NCBI GenBank assembly: GCA_014654705.1
Contig: JACVZY010000095.1
Coordinates: 5,045-69,044, forward strand
DNA length: 64,000 nt
Source of the DNA: Ignavibacteria bacterium
GTDB lineage: Bacteria; Bacteroidota; Ignavibacteria; Kapaibacteriales; UBA4661
Direction of reading: 5' to 3'
Each line of letters begins with the position of its first letter. Position 1 is the first letter of the stretch. Of the stretch, positions 29,653 through 39,208 are shown in pieces. Under the pieces are notes generated by a model. That model saw only the letters and a program-made list of their open reading frames with translations. It was not told the origin of the DNA and did not search any database. A program made the position numbers and the translations under genes.

Positions 29653-30913
29653 CAGTAGTTTTGACAGTTCTTTTTAGGTAGCACGCGGCTCAAGAACGTT
29701 CTTTGTAAAAAGTCTGCCCCAGAAGTTTCGGGGGCATGTTGCCCACGAAGCAAGCAACGACGGAGGCAGCAGCATATCCAGCCTCTGGCGAGATTTCTCG
29801 GATGATACCAGTGCATCCGCAAGGTCTCAAGGACTCCGGTGGTGGTGTGCCTGACATCAAATGAGTGCGCCAGTTTCCAACGAAGATATTCCAGAATACC
29901 GGTTGCCATCAGCGAAAGACGACATCTGAGGCATTGCCTCAGGCTTCGATACCCTTCTCGGAACGAAGGCAGCAATCTTCAAATCCGGTAAAGAGGTTGC
30001 TGTCGCTGTGCGTGGTTTTAATCTGCCGGCGAAAGGTATAGTCTTTAATCACCCGTTTGTACGGCATATCGGTATTGGTACACAGATAGAACACGAAGCG
30101 CCAGCGACGCTTGGGACGATGATAAAACCACTCGGCAACGACCAAGACGAGTTTTTTGACCCCTCTGCGGTGTAGATGTGGTGAGTCTGATAGATCATTC
30201 TCGCGCTTTCGTTTTCGCTCCACGCTGGGTTCTTGTTTGATGTCGAGTTTGTGTTTGCATTTTGGATCGCTGTAAAACACGGCATTGGCGTTCAGTCGGG
30301 TGATGTAGGTGTAGTTCTCACCAAGACGATTGATGGTTTTGGCATCATGCCGCCACGGTCGTAGAGAACAATCTATCCTTTGGGCACAATCCGCTCAAAT
30401 GCGAGTCGGTCAGCACATCGTTATCGGCGAGAAACTTGGATTGATTTTCATAGCCTTTGCGGTAATGCGGATTCTTGCGGAAGCCAGGTGCAGCTTTGTG
30501 TTTGTCTTGTGTGGTGGTATGGGTACGTCGGCAATGAAGCGTCCGTTGGTAAAGGTAGGAAGCAAAAATGAAGGGAGCGATGAGATCTTCGACCTCCCAC
30601 GAGCGGCTCAGGACCTGCTCCAACGACCAATGCCGCCTGACCCATCGGGCGCAAAGGCAGTAAGCGACAGATAGACATTGGTCAAGGTCGTATCGCCTTG
30701 TGCGAGCATCATACCGACAAGAATTCCGCAAACAAACTGGGGTATGATGCAGAGCTAATAAAGACTGGGCGCAGGGCATCAAAGAGCGAAGGAAACACTG
30801 AAAGAAGCATAGCGATTTCCTTTCTCAAGATTCGTGGTTGAATCCTGAAAGGGCGCGTTTCTTTCAGGTTTTTTCAAAAGCTGTTTTTCTTCAAAAAACT
30901 ATCAAAACTACTG
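29653..30913 (-). mobile_element. Decayed insertion sequence (DDE; IS701/IS4-like), about 1.26 kb
   Basis: Terminal inverted repeats CAGTAGTTTTGACAGTTCTTT and (reverse complement) CAGTAGTTTTGATAGTTTTTT, each flanked by TA. Confidence 0.85.
29670..30810 (-). pseudogene. Frameshifted DDE transposase
   Basis: Fragments in several frames from ATG 30810 (MLLSVFPSLFDALRPVF...) to YLCTNTDM...DYTFRRQIKTTHSDSNLFTGFEDCCLRSEKGIE, a decayed Y..RW.IE..HR..K..G motif. 3' end approximate. Confidence 0.75.
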
Positions 30914-30933
30914 TAATATCTATGGTTTAGCGT

Positions 30934-31093
30934 AACTTGCCAAAGTAAAACTAGCAATGATTCAAGAGCATCATCAACGCAGAGCCGCAGATATACAGCG
31001 CTGGCAGTGATTATCTGCTTCCGATTAAATTACTATCTTCGACTTGGCATATGACGATATGCCGCCTGTAAACCAACTTGCCAAGTAAAACTA
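30934..31093. repeat. Pair of short direct repeats
   Basis: AACTTGCCAAAGTAAAACTA (30934-30953) and AACTTGCCAAGTAAAACTA (31075-31093). Confidence 0.6.
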
Positions 31094-31301
31094 AAGTCCC
31101 AATAAATCCTTCTCTGCGATTGACCTTTTTATTGAGCATTATCTCGCATGGCGCTCCCCAATGCTCATCCACAAGCTATCCGGTGCAATGCAAATCGTAA
31201 CCACCTAAGGTACAATAATAGTGTTTTCATTCCATTGCTGAAACGTTTGTGCTTTTCTATGCCATCCATTGTCATTCAAGAAGTCTGAGGCGGCAATATA
31301 G

Positions 31302-31344
31302 AAAAAACGGCTTCAGACCATTAAGGGTTGAAGCCGTTTTTTTT
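31302..31344 (-). terminator. Bidirectional intrinsic terminator downstream of tRNA-Leu
   Basis: AAAAAACGGCTTCA...TGAAGCCGTTTTTTTT. Confidence 0.8.
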
Positions 31345-31356
31345 GTGTTGAGATTG

Positions 31357-31439
31357 TGCGGAGAGCGGGACTTGAACCCGCATGCCCGTTAAGGCGCCAC
31401 CTCCTTAGAGTGGTGCGTCTGCCATTTCGCCACCTCCGC
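31357..31439 (-). tRNA. tRNA-Leu with AAG anticodon
   Basis: Minus strand GCGGAGG TG GCG AAATGGCAGA CGC A CCACT CTAAGGA GGTGG C GCC TTAACG GGC AT GCGGG TTCAAGT CCCGC TCTCCGC A: class II cloverleaf, A73 discriminator, loop C32 U33 A34 A35 G36 G37 A38. Confidence 0.92.
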
Positions 31440-31473
31440 AGCAGACATTGTTAATGTCATATTATCAAGACGA

Positions 31474-31504
31474 CAAAAATACGGCTTTGCTGATTTCTGT
31501 GCAA
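31474..31504 (-). promoter_or_regulatory. Putative promoter of tRNA-Leu(AAG)
   Basis: Minus strand TTGCAC-N17-TATTTTTG, about 35 nt upstream of the tRNA 5' end. Confidence 0.6.
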
Positions 31505-31654
31505 ATTTTTTTTATATCATCAGCAGAAATATCCTACATACCCACGCACAAGTCATTTCGGTATGAGGCAAAAGTCTCAGTAGGATTTCGCCGCGAAATG
31601 TCGTATCTTTGCGCCTTCTACGCCTTTTTGTCATCATTTTGTTTTGCCCTTGTA

Positions 31655-32380
31655 ATGATACAACTTGCTGTCAACATAGACCACATCGCTACATTGCGCG
31701 AGGCGCGAGGCGGTATTGAACCCGATCCCGTAGCTGCTGCTGCCATTGCCGAACTTTCCGGCGCAGTCGGCATCGTCTGCCATCTCCGCGAAGACCGTCG
31801 GCACGTCAATGACCGCGACGTACGGCTGCTTCGTGAGACTGTTAAAACAAAACTTGATCTCGAAATGGCAGCAACACCGGAGATTATCGGCATTGCCATC
31901 GATACCCTGCCTGATTTAGTGACATTTGTGCCGGAACGCCGCGAAGAATTGACCACCGAAGGCGGATTAGATGTGGCAAAAAACCTACATCATTACACCG
32001 AAGTAGTCGCAAAAATGCACCAGAACGAAATTGCGGTCAGTTTTTTTATCGAACCTGCCAAAGAACAGATAAACGCTGCTTCCACAGCCGGTGCAGAAAT
32101 TATCGAATTACATACGGGAACCTACGCCAATGCTCGCAACACCAAAGAACAGCTTGATGAGCTCAAGCGTCTCCGTGAAGCGTCTGAATATGCGGCTTCG
32201 CTGGGGCTGAAGGTAACGGCAGGGCATGGATTAAATTATGTCAATGTCCAGCAAATATGCACCATACCCGAACTGGAAGAAATTAGTATTGGTCACGCAA
32301 TTATCGCACGAGCAGCATTTATTGGCTTGGAGGCTGCTGTGCGAGATATGGTAAGGCTTCTAGAAGTCTATTCTCGTTGA
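31655..32380 (+). CDS. pdxJ: Pyridoxine 5'-phosphate synthase
   Basis: VNIDHIATLREAR, HLREDRRH, TTEGGLD, ELHTG, AGHGL and IGHAII. Confidence 0.97.
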   Translation: MIQLAVNIDHIATLREARGGIEPDPVAAAAIAELSGAVGIVCHLREDRRHVNDRDVRLLRETVKTKLDLEMAATPEIIGIAIDTLPDLVTFVPERREELTTEGGLDVAKNLHHYTEVVAKMHQNEIAVSFFIEPAKEQINAASTAGAEIIELHTGTYANARNTKEQLDELKRLREASEYAASLGLKVTAGHGLNYVNVQQICTIPELEEISIGHAIIARAAFIGLEAAVRDMVRLLEVYSR

Positions 32381-32451
32381 ATCTCGTTAAAGCCACACGT
32401 ATATTTTTATTTTTGCCTACCGTCAATGAAGGCGCTCTTTATTTCCCCCCA

Positions 32452-33771
32452 ATGAACACTATTGCTATTGTCGGACGACCAAACGTCGGTAAATCTACCC
32501 TTTTTAACCGTATTCTTGGACGCGATGAAGCCATTCACGCGCCAGAACCCGGTGTTACCCGCGACCGCATTTACGGCAAAGCCGATTGGGCGGGGCGCTT
32601 TTTTACGGTTGTCGATACAGGCGGAATTGTGCCGGACAGCGAGGAACTTTTCGATATTGCTATACGAGAGCAAGCTGCAATGGCTATAAGCGAGGCACAG
32701 TCTATTATTTTTGTCTGCGATGGTCGCACGGGTATTACCGCCATTGACGAAGAAATAGCACGGTTGCTGCTTCGGTCGGGTAAACACGTAACGATGGCAG
32801 TGAATAAAATGGATGACCCTAAACATGATATGAACGCCTACGAATTTGCCTCGTTGGGCTTGGGCGAGCCGTTTGGTTTTTCGGCACTTTCGGGGCGTAG
32901 TATTGGCGAAATGCTTGATAGCGCAATCGAACCTTTTGCTGCTAATGAGGATGAAGTAGAGGACGAGCGCCTAAAAATAGCCATTGTAGGGAGACCAAAT
33001 GTGGGCAAATCAAGCCTGTGTAATGCGCTTTTGGGACACGAGCGCACTATTGTTACGCCGATTGCCGGCACGACCCGCGATGCCATTGACAGCGTTCTGA
33101 AGTATTACGGCGAAGAAATTGTACTGATAGATACCGCAGGACTCCGCCGCAGAAGCCGCATCCAAGAAAACGTCGAGATGTTCAGCACCTTCCGCACCCA
33201 ACGCGCCATTGAGCGCTGCGATGTGGCAGTGGTGGTGGTAGATGCCATTCAGGGCTTGGATATGCAGGACAAACGGATTATCAATGATGTGGTAGATGCG
33301 CGGAAGGGCATTATCATTGCTATCAATAAATGGGATGCTGTCGAAAAAGACCATAAGACCGCAGAAAATCTGACGAAGCAAATTCATAGTGAGATGAAAA
33401 CCGTAGATTATGCGCCAACTCTCTTTATTTCAGCACTCTCCAAGCAGCGCATTACCAAAGTTCCCGAAATGGCGAAAGATATTCAAATGCGCCGCAAACA
33501 GCGTATCCCCACCGGAAAACTCAACGACAAATTATTGGAAGATATTTCCCGTACACCACCGCCGTCCGTCAAGGGACATGATTTGCGTATTAACTACATC
33601 ACGCAAACCGGAACTGAGCCACCACTCTTCATCTTTTTCTCCAATTTCCCCGAATCTATTCCCGAAGCATACAAACGCTTCTTGGAGAATAAGCTCCGCG
33701 AACACCTTGATTTGACGGGTATTCCGATTTCATTCCTTTTCCGCAGCAAAAACAAGCGCGATGACGATTAA
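32452..33771 (+). CDS. der: Ribosome biogenesis GTPase Der (EngA)
   Basis: Two GRPNVGKS GTPase domains plus KH-like C-terminus. Confidence 0.97.
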   Translation: MNTIAIVGRPNVGKSTLFNRILGRDEAIHAPEPGVTRDRIYGKADWAGRFFTVVDTGGIVPDSEELFDIAIREQAAMAISEAQSIIFVCDGRTGITAIDEEIARLLLRSGKHVTMAVNKMDDPKHDMNAYEFASLGLGEPFGFSALSGRSIGEMLDSAIEPFAANEDEVEDERLKIAIVGRPNVGKSSLCNALLGHERTIVTPIAGTTRDAIDSVLKYYGEEIVLIDTAGLRRRSRIQENVEMFSTFRTQRAIERCDVAVVVVDAIQGLDMQDKRIINDVVDARKGIIIAINKWDAVEKDHKTAENLTKQIHSEMKTVDYAPTLFISALSKQRITKVPEMAKDIQMRRKQRIPTGKLNDKLLEDISRTPPPSVKGHDLRINYITQTGTEPPLFIFFSNFPESIPEAYKRFLENKLREHLDLTGIPISFLFRSKNKRDDD

Positions 33772-33807
33772 CACTGCTTGTACCCACATATTGCGAACGA
33801 TGTTGCC

Positions 33808-35115
33808 ATGAAAAGTATTCGACAACAATATTTTGAGCGTGCCTTTGATATTCTCTGGAGTGCACTGATTCTTCTTGGGGTAACTCTTGGAGCGGTGTAC
33901 ATACCGCTTCGGTTGGTTCGCAATATTGATCAAAGTATTTTTTCTTACACTATCGCAACATCAGTTACGACGCTGTTTATCTTAGACATCGGATATAATT
34001 TTTATGTTGCTCTGCGTCGCCGCCAGAACAACCACCGACGCGACCGCCAAAGTCCCATAGAGCAGTATATTCGCCGACGTCTAGCTATTGATGTTTTAGC
34101 GGCTTTACCGCTTCCTACTTTGCTTGGCGGCTATTCCGCATTCATTTTGATTCGGTTGATAAAAATGATTCGCGTACGCGACATTTTTACTGAATGGCAA
34201 CGCACGGCGCTTCAGTATGCAAGCGTTCTACGACTTGTTTTTCTGGCGTATTGGCTCTTTATCGTAGCGCATTGGGTGGCGTGTGGCTGGATTTATTTGC
34301 ATGGAGCGCCAGTTGGTGTTCCCTTTCAAGAGTACTACATCAAAGCGCTCTATTGGTCGGTGACAACGCTTGCAACGGTTGGCTACGGCGACATCACGCC
34401 TAAAAATAATACTGAAATGATGTATGCGATTTTCGTGATGCTGCTTGGAATGGTAACCTATGGCTATGTGGTGGGCAATATAGCTAATTTGCTGGCAAAT
34501 CTGGATGCGAACCGCAAGCGCTATTATCAGCAGTCCGAAAAAATAAGCGCTTTTATGCAGTCCCGCAAGATTCCTCGCGCTCTTCAGCGTCGGATTAGCG
34601 ATTATTATGCGTACTATTGGGAACGTCAGGTTGGCGAGGACGAATCGGTCATGCTGAATTATCTTCCACCCCGACTGCGGTCTGAGGTGATGATGTTCCT
34701 TCGGCGTGATATTCTCTCATCTGTCGGCATCTTTGGTAATGCCGATGAAAATACCCTGCGTGATATTGCGAAAGAGCTACGTCCGATGCTATTTGCTCCA
34801 GGCGATATTGTGTGCCGTCTTGGAGAACCGGGTACTGCGATGTATTTTATCAATAATGGTACGCTTGAGGTTCTGGATGCAGAACAGCGCACGATTGCAC
34901 TTTTGGAAGAGGGCGATTTATTTGGTGAAATTGCACTTCTTCTTGACCAACCCCGCACAGCTACTGTGCGTGCTCGTGATTACTGTGATGTCTATGCACT
35001 CGAAAAACAAGCCTTTGATGCAGTTTTAGCGCATCATCCGCTCTTCCGCCAGCATATTCGTGCAATGGCACACGAGCGCCAAAATGCCGAGAGCCATGAT
35101 TCTTACGAACAATAA
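33808..35115 (+). CDS. Cyclic nucleotide-gated potassium channel (SthK-like)
   Basis: S4 LIRLIKMIRVR, selectivity filter TVGYGD, C-linker, and CNBD FGEIALL...PRTATVRA. Confidence 0.9.
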   Translation: MKSIRQQYFERAFDILWSALILLGVTLGAVYIPLRLVRNIDQSIFSYTIATSVTTLFILDIGYNFYVALRRRQNNHRRDRQSPIEQYIRRRLAIDVLAALPLPTLLGGYSAFILIRLIKMIRVRDIFTEWQRTALQYASVLRLVFLAYWLFIVAHWVACGWIYLHGAPVGVPFQEYYIKALYWSVTTLATVGYGDITPKNNTEMMYAIFVMLLGMVTYGYVVGNIANLLANLDANRKRYYQQSEKISAFMQSRKIPRALQRRISDYYAYYWERQVGEDESVMLNYLPPRLRSEVMMFLRRDILSSVGIFGNADENTLRDIAKELRPMLFAPGDIVCRLGEPGTAMYFINNGTLEVLDAEQRTIALLEEGDLFGEIALLLDQPRTATVRARDYCDVYALEKQAFDAVLAHHPLFRQHIRAMAHERQNAESHDSYEQ

Positions 35116-35133
35116 CCGTTATTGAGCACTTTC

Positions 35134-35973
35134 ATGACGCTTCACCTAAACGCTATTCTTAGCCCGCAGCTTCTTCGTGATCGCGCTTTGCTGCGCAATA
35201 GTATCACGGTCGTCATTGATGTTTTTCGTGCCACCACAACCATCGCTGTCGCCCTAGAAAATGGTGCTTTAGAAATTGTGCCCGTTGGAACTATCAAAGA
35301 TGCCGAGGCTAAAGCAAAAGAATTGCGGGGACGCTTGGGCGAAAAATCTGTGCTGCTTTGTGGAGAGCGTGGTGGAATAAAGCCCGATGGCTTCGACCTC
35401 GGTAACTCGCCGCTTGAATACACGCGAGAAATCATTCAGGATAAAATTCTTGTTCTCACGACAACGAACGGCACACAAGCATTGCAGGCGGCAAGTGCTG
35501 CGCCGCTCGTCCTTACCGCCTCTTTTGCAAATATGCAGGCGGTAGTCATGTTCATTATGCGTTATCTAGTGCTGCATGAGGCACGCACGATGCAACTTAC
35601 GGACGCGAATAACAATACCAAAGATGAACAACGTATTGAGAGTATTTGCGCCTTCTGCGCGGGAAGCGAAGGAGATTTTAGTTACGAAGATACGTTGTGC
35701 GCGGGAGCATTACTGGAAGCCCTTGCTACCGAGTTTGCTGATGGGGGGTATGCTTACACCACGAGCGACACAGCCCACGCCGCTCGCAATCTCTACCGCA
35801 ATGAAGCGCGCCTTACCCAAACACTCGCCTCTACGCGGCACGCGGAGTATCTCACTTCGCTTGGTTTTGGTCGTGATGTTGAGTTTGCCAGCACCTTCGG
35901 TACGAGCCGAATGATCCCCTTGCGTCGTGCTGATGGGTCGCTTATTCACTGGCACAACCCTTTGAACCTGTGA
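35134..35973 (+). CDS. comB: 2-phosphosulfolactate phosphatase family protein
   Basis: VIDVFRATTT, GERGG...GFDLGNSP, LTTTNGT and EDTLCAG. Confidence 0.88.
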   Translation: MTLHLNAILSPQLLRDRALLRNSITVVIDVFRATTTIAVALENGALEIVPVGTIKDAEAKAKELRGRLGEKSVLLCGERGGIKPDGFDLGNSPLEYTREIIQDKILVLTTTNGTQALQAASAAPLVLTASFANMQAVVMFIMRYLVLHEARTMQLTDANNNTKDEQRIESICAFCAGSEGDFSYEDTLCAGALLEALATEFADGGYAYTTSDTAHAARNLYRNEARLTQTLASTRHAEYLTSLGFGRDVEFASTFGTSRMIPLRRADGSLIHWHNPLNL

Positions 35974-35995
35974 AGGAATCAAATGTAGAGGCAAA

Positions 35996-37396
35996 TCATA
36001 TCTCAAAGCGATGGGACTCGCCTAATCCGGGTATGGTAACGTTCATATCCGGGAAGTTCGCTTTGACCGCAGCGCTCATGGATGCTGTTGCGGCGGGATC
36101 ACCGTGCACCAAGAAAAGATGCTTTGGTTTCGTCTCGAAAATATAGTCCAAAAGTTCGCTACGTTGCGCATGGGCGCTAAAGCGGAAGCGTTCCAGTTCG
36201 CAAGCACGTGTAACAGTCTTATTTGCCATCGTAAACTCCACATCGCGCTCGGAGTGCAGAAGTGCATAGCCGGGCGTGGAAGAATCCTGATAGCCCATGA
36301 CACCGATACCGAAATTACGAATCCCCAGCCAACGCTGCGCCAGTTGATACGACGGGCTTCCTTCATTCAGCATCCCGCTTGAAATCACAACAATCGAAGG
36401 CTCGTTGAAAAATTTCGCCGACATCATTGTTTCATATTTGACGTAGGTGAGAGGAATACTAGTCAGTTGGAAACCAGGCTCCACGCGCGGAACGGAATGG
36501 GCATAGCGGTCATAAATTTTGGAAATGCGCTTGCTCATGCCACCAGTGTAAATGGGCAATTTCGGGATTCTACCTGCGTTCATCAAATTCGACACGACCT
36601 TCAAGACCTCTTGCGTTTTGCCAAGCGCAAAGGTTGGCAGCATGACCGAGCCGTTTTGGTTGACGATATGATTGATAAATTCTGCGAGTCGTACTTTTTC
36701 TTCATCGTAAGAGCGTGGATGCTCGTCGGCGCCGTTGGTACACTCAATGATTAAACAGTCGAGATGGTGTCTTGGCAGAGATGCGCCTGCCAACAATGCT
36801 TGCCGAGAAAATTGCACATCGCCCGTGTGCATAATAGCTGCGCCACCTGCCTCAAAGAGCGCTCCGGCAGAACCGATAATATGCCCCGCGTCGTGGAACG
36901 TCAGATTGATGCTGCTGGAAGATGTTGATTTGCCGGACGCGCCATTGTAAATGGCTCTATCGCTTGTTAGCTTCACAGGTTCATTGTACAGAACACTCTC
37001 GAAGACAACCGAAAACTTATCCAGCATCGCCGGAACGTAGTAATCAAGCGCTCCCGAAGGTAATCCTGCTGTATCGTCTATTTTGAGGAGTTTGATCGTA
37101 TTGCGTAGCATGATTTCGATGAGGTCGCGCGTGGGGCGCGTGGCAATCATCCGTGCGTGGGGAAGACTCTTCATAATGTACGGCAGACCGCCCAAGTGGT
37201 CGGTGTGCGCGTGCGTCAGGACAAAAGTGTCAACAGCACGCTCGTCTAATAGTTCTAAGTGCGGGAGTGCGTCACTATCGCGCCTTCGTGGATGCAAGCC
37301 CGAGTCAATAATTATGCCGTGTCCGTCAATGTTTAAATAACAAGAATTTGCGCCGATTTCGCCCGCGCCCCCCAGCATCATAAGTTCAATATTCAT
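35996..37396 (-). CDS. MBL-fold beta-CASP ribonuclease-like hydrolase
   Basis: GGAGEIGANS, THAHTDH, AGHIIGSA, TGD, FALGKTQE, SSGML and FSAHA. Confidence 0.9.
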   Translation of the reverse strand: MNIELMMLGGAGEIGANSCYLNIDGHGIIIDSGLHPRRRDSDALPHLELLDERAVDTFVLTHAHTDHLGGLPYIMKSLPHARMIATRPTRDLIEIMLRNTIKLLKIDDTAGLPSGALDYYVPAMLDKFSVVFESVLYNEPVKLTSDRAIYNGASGKSTSSSSINLTFHDAGHIIGSAGALFEAGGAAIMHTGDVQFSRQALLAGASLPRHHLDCLIIECTNGADEHPRSYDEEKVRLAEFINHIVNQNGSVMLPTFALGKTQEVLKVVSNLMNAGRIPKLPIYTGGMSKRISKIYDRYAHSVPRVEPGFQLTSIPLTYVKYETMMSAKFFNEPSIVVISSGMLNEGSPSYQLAQRWLGIRNFGIGVMGYQDSSTPGYALLHSERDVEFTMANKTVTRACELERFRFSAHAQRSELLDYIFETKPKHLFLVHGDPAATASMSAAVKANFPDMNVTIPGLGESHRFEI

Positions 37397-37462
37397 TCTG
37401 TCGGTCTCTTTGCTTTCGTGTATGATTATAGTATGGTTTGATTTTTGCTACACAATAAGACG

Positions 37463-39154
37463 TTATTGTGGCTGTTTAAGTATTGTTTTGTAGCGTTTCG
37501 GATTGTGTAATATTGCCGAAGCAGTGGAAACATCCGCATCCTCAGCAAGTATTTTGCCAATCACGGCGCTGCGCGGATAGAATCGTTCCAAAATTTCTTC
37601 GTACAACGCGATGCTCACAATGTCGCGTTGCTTTTCAAGTTCTTGCGTTTGGTCTTTCGCAAGCTGCGCTTTTGCGGCGTTCACGTGTGTTAGTACGGCT
37701 TGATTTTGCGACTGACCGGGTGTGGTTTTGAGCACTTTTTCCAGTTCGGTCAGCTTACGAAATGCAGGGCTTTCATAGGTGAATCTCGAGCGCTTGGCAA
37801 AGTTCACAAACTGGTCAAAAACGCGCTTGTCAACGGCAAATTTTTCTGGCAATGTTTTTTTATCCCCTGCATACTCATTGGCAAAAGAGAAAAATGTATT
37901 GTGCTTAAAAAGCTCACCAATAATGTCTGCCTGCCGTTGCGCTGCCAGAACGCTATCGGGCAAAATGCCTGTCGCATCGCGGACAATTCGCCCTGTGACG
38001 GTTTTGAAGGTCTTGGTAGTGTCCAGATTAGATTTTACGATGCCGTGTCGTCGTCCGTTGTAGTCAATTTTTTGGATGCAGCGCCCCGAGGGGGTGTAGT
38101 ATTTTGCAGTTGTCATTTTCAGCGTCGCATCGTAGGGCAGCGACGAAATCGTCTGCACAAGCCCTTTACCAAACGAGCGCTCGCCCACAATCACACCTCG
38201 GTCAAGGTCTTGAATGGCTCCGGCTACGATTTCGCTGGCGCTGGCAGTATTGTCATTGATCAACACCGCTAGAGGTAAAGAGGGTTCGAGCGGTGTACGG
38301 CGCGAGTAGTAGCGGCGTTCACTTTCGTTTGTTCGCCCGCGCGTGGAAACAATCAGCGTGCCTTGTGGCACGAATAGCTCGCTAATGCTCACCGCTGCGT
38401 CCAGAAGCCCACCCGGATTATCCCGCAAATCCACGATGATGCCGCTCAAGGACGATTTTTTCTCTTGCGCTTGCTTGTGGAGCGTCGCAATCGCATCGCG
38501 CACTTCGGCGGGAGCATTGTGCGTGAAGCGTTCCAGCCGCAGGTAGCCAATATCATTCTGCACAATACCGACGTAGGTCACGTTCTTGAGTGTTACTTCC
38601 TGCCGTTGCAGAGCGATGCTCAGGGTGTCGCGCACTCCTGCTCGAATAATGCGCATCGTAACAGCAGAGCCGGGTTTGCCACGCGTGTATTTGCGCAGTT
38701 CCGTGGTGGTCGCCTTGAGTACGACAACCGAGTCAATCGCATAAATTCTATCACCAACGCGAAGCCCTGCTTTCTCCGCCGAACAGCCCTCGGTGATACC
38801 AACAATAGTAACGGCGCTATCGAGAAGCGATGTAGTAATGCCCAAGCCGCCATACACGCCGGTTGTGATGATATCAACTTCTTCGCTGTCCTCATCGCCG
38901 ATGTAGGACGTGTAAGGGTCGAGATGCTTGACCATGCCTTCGATACCGGCTTCGATGAACTCGGCGGGGTCAATTTCATCCACATATTCATTGGATACTT
39001 GGCGGAAGAACTCGCCAAAAATAGCCAATGATTTGGAAATTTTCATGTAAGCTGCATTGTCGGATAATGCATAAAAACCCCACGAGGTGAGTCCGACACT
39101 AAGCGTCAATGCCCAGAGAGTCAGAGTCAGTATTCGTGCGCGAAAGCGGCTCAT
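37463..39154 (-). CDS. S41 family C-terminal processing peptidase
   Basis: LDPYT, PDZ domain, DLRDNPGGLL, ASASEIVAGAIQD and SFGKGLVQ. Confidence 0.93.
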   Translation of the reverse strand: MSRFRARILTLTLWALTLSVGLTSWGFYALSDNAAYMKISKSLAIFGEFFRQVSNEYVDEIDPAEFIEAGIEGMVKHLDPYTSYIGDEDSEEVDIITTGVYGGLGITTSLLDSAVTIVGITEGCSAEKAGLRVGDRIYAIDSVVVLKATTTELRKYTRGKPGSAVTMRIIRAGVRDTLSIALQRQEVTLKNVTYVGIVQNDIGYLRLERFTHNAPAEVRDAIATLHKQAQEKKSSLSGIIVDLRDNPGGLLDAAVSISELFVPQGTLIVSTRGRTNESERRYYSRRTPLEPSLPLAVLINDNTASASEIVAGAIQDLDRGVIVGERSFGKGLVQTISSLPYDATLKMTTAKYYTPSGRCIQKIDYNGRRHGIVKSNLDTTKTFKTVTGRIVRDATGILPDSVLAAQRQADIIGELFKHNTFFSFANEYAGDKKTLPEKFAVDKRVFDQFVNFAKRSRFTYESPAFRKLTELEKVLKTTPGQSQNQAVLTHVNAAKAQLAKDQTQELEKQRDIVSIALYEEILERFYPRSAVIGKILAEDADVSTASAILHNPKRYKTILKQPQ

Positions 39155-39208
39155 AGCGATAACAACGTAAGTGTAAGAAAAAAAGATTTTTTTTGCAACA
39201 ACGCTAAA

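Noticed and set aside
30934-31093. Possible degenerate CRISPR array
   Set aside because: Only two 19-20 bp repeats, about 120 bp apart, with no cas genes.
31402-31409. Reading the tRNA-Leu anticodon as TAA
   Set aside because: This would put C at position 33 and break the CCACT/GGTGG stem register; AAG gives the canonical 7-nt loop with U33 and G37.
35996-37396. Beta-CASP nuclease as part of a defence system
   Set aside because: Context is housekeeping (comB, S41 peptidase), with no defence-associated neighbours.
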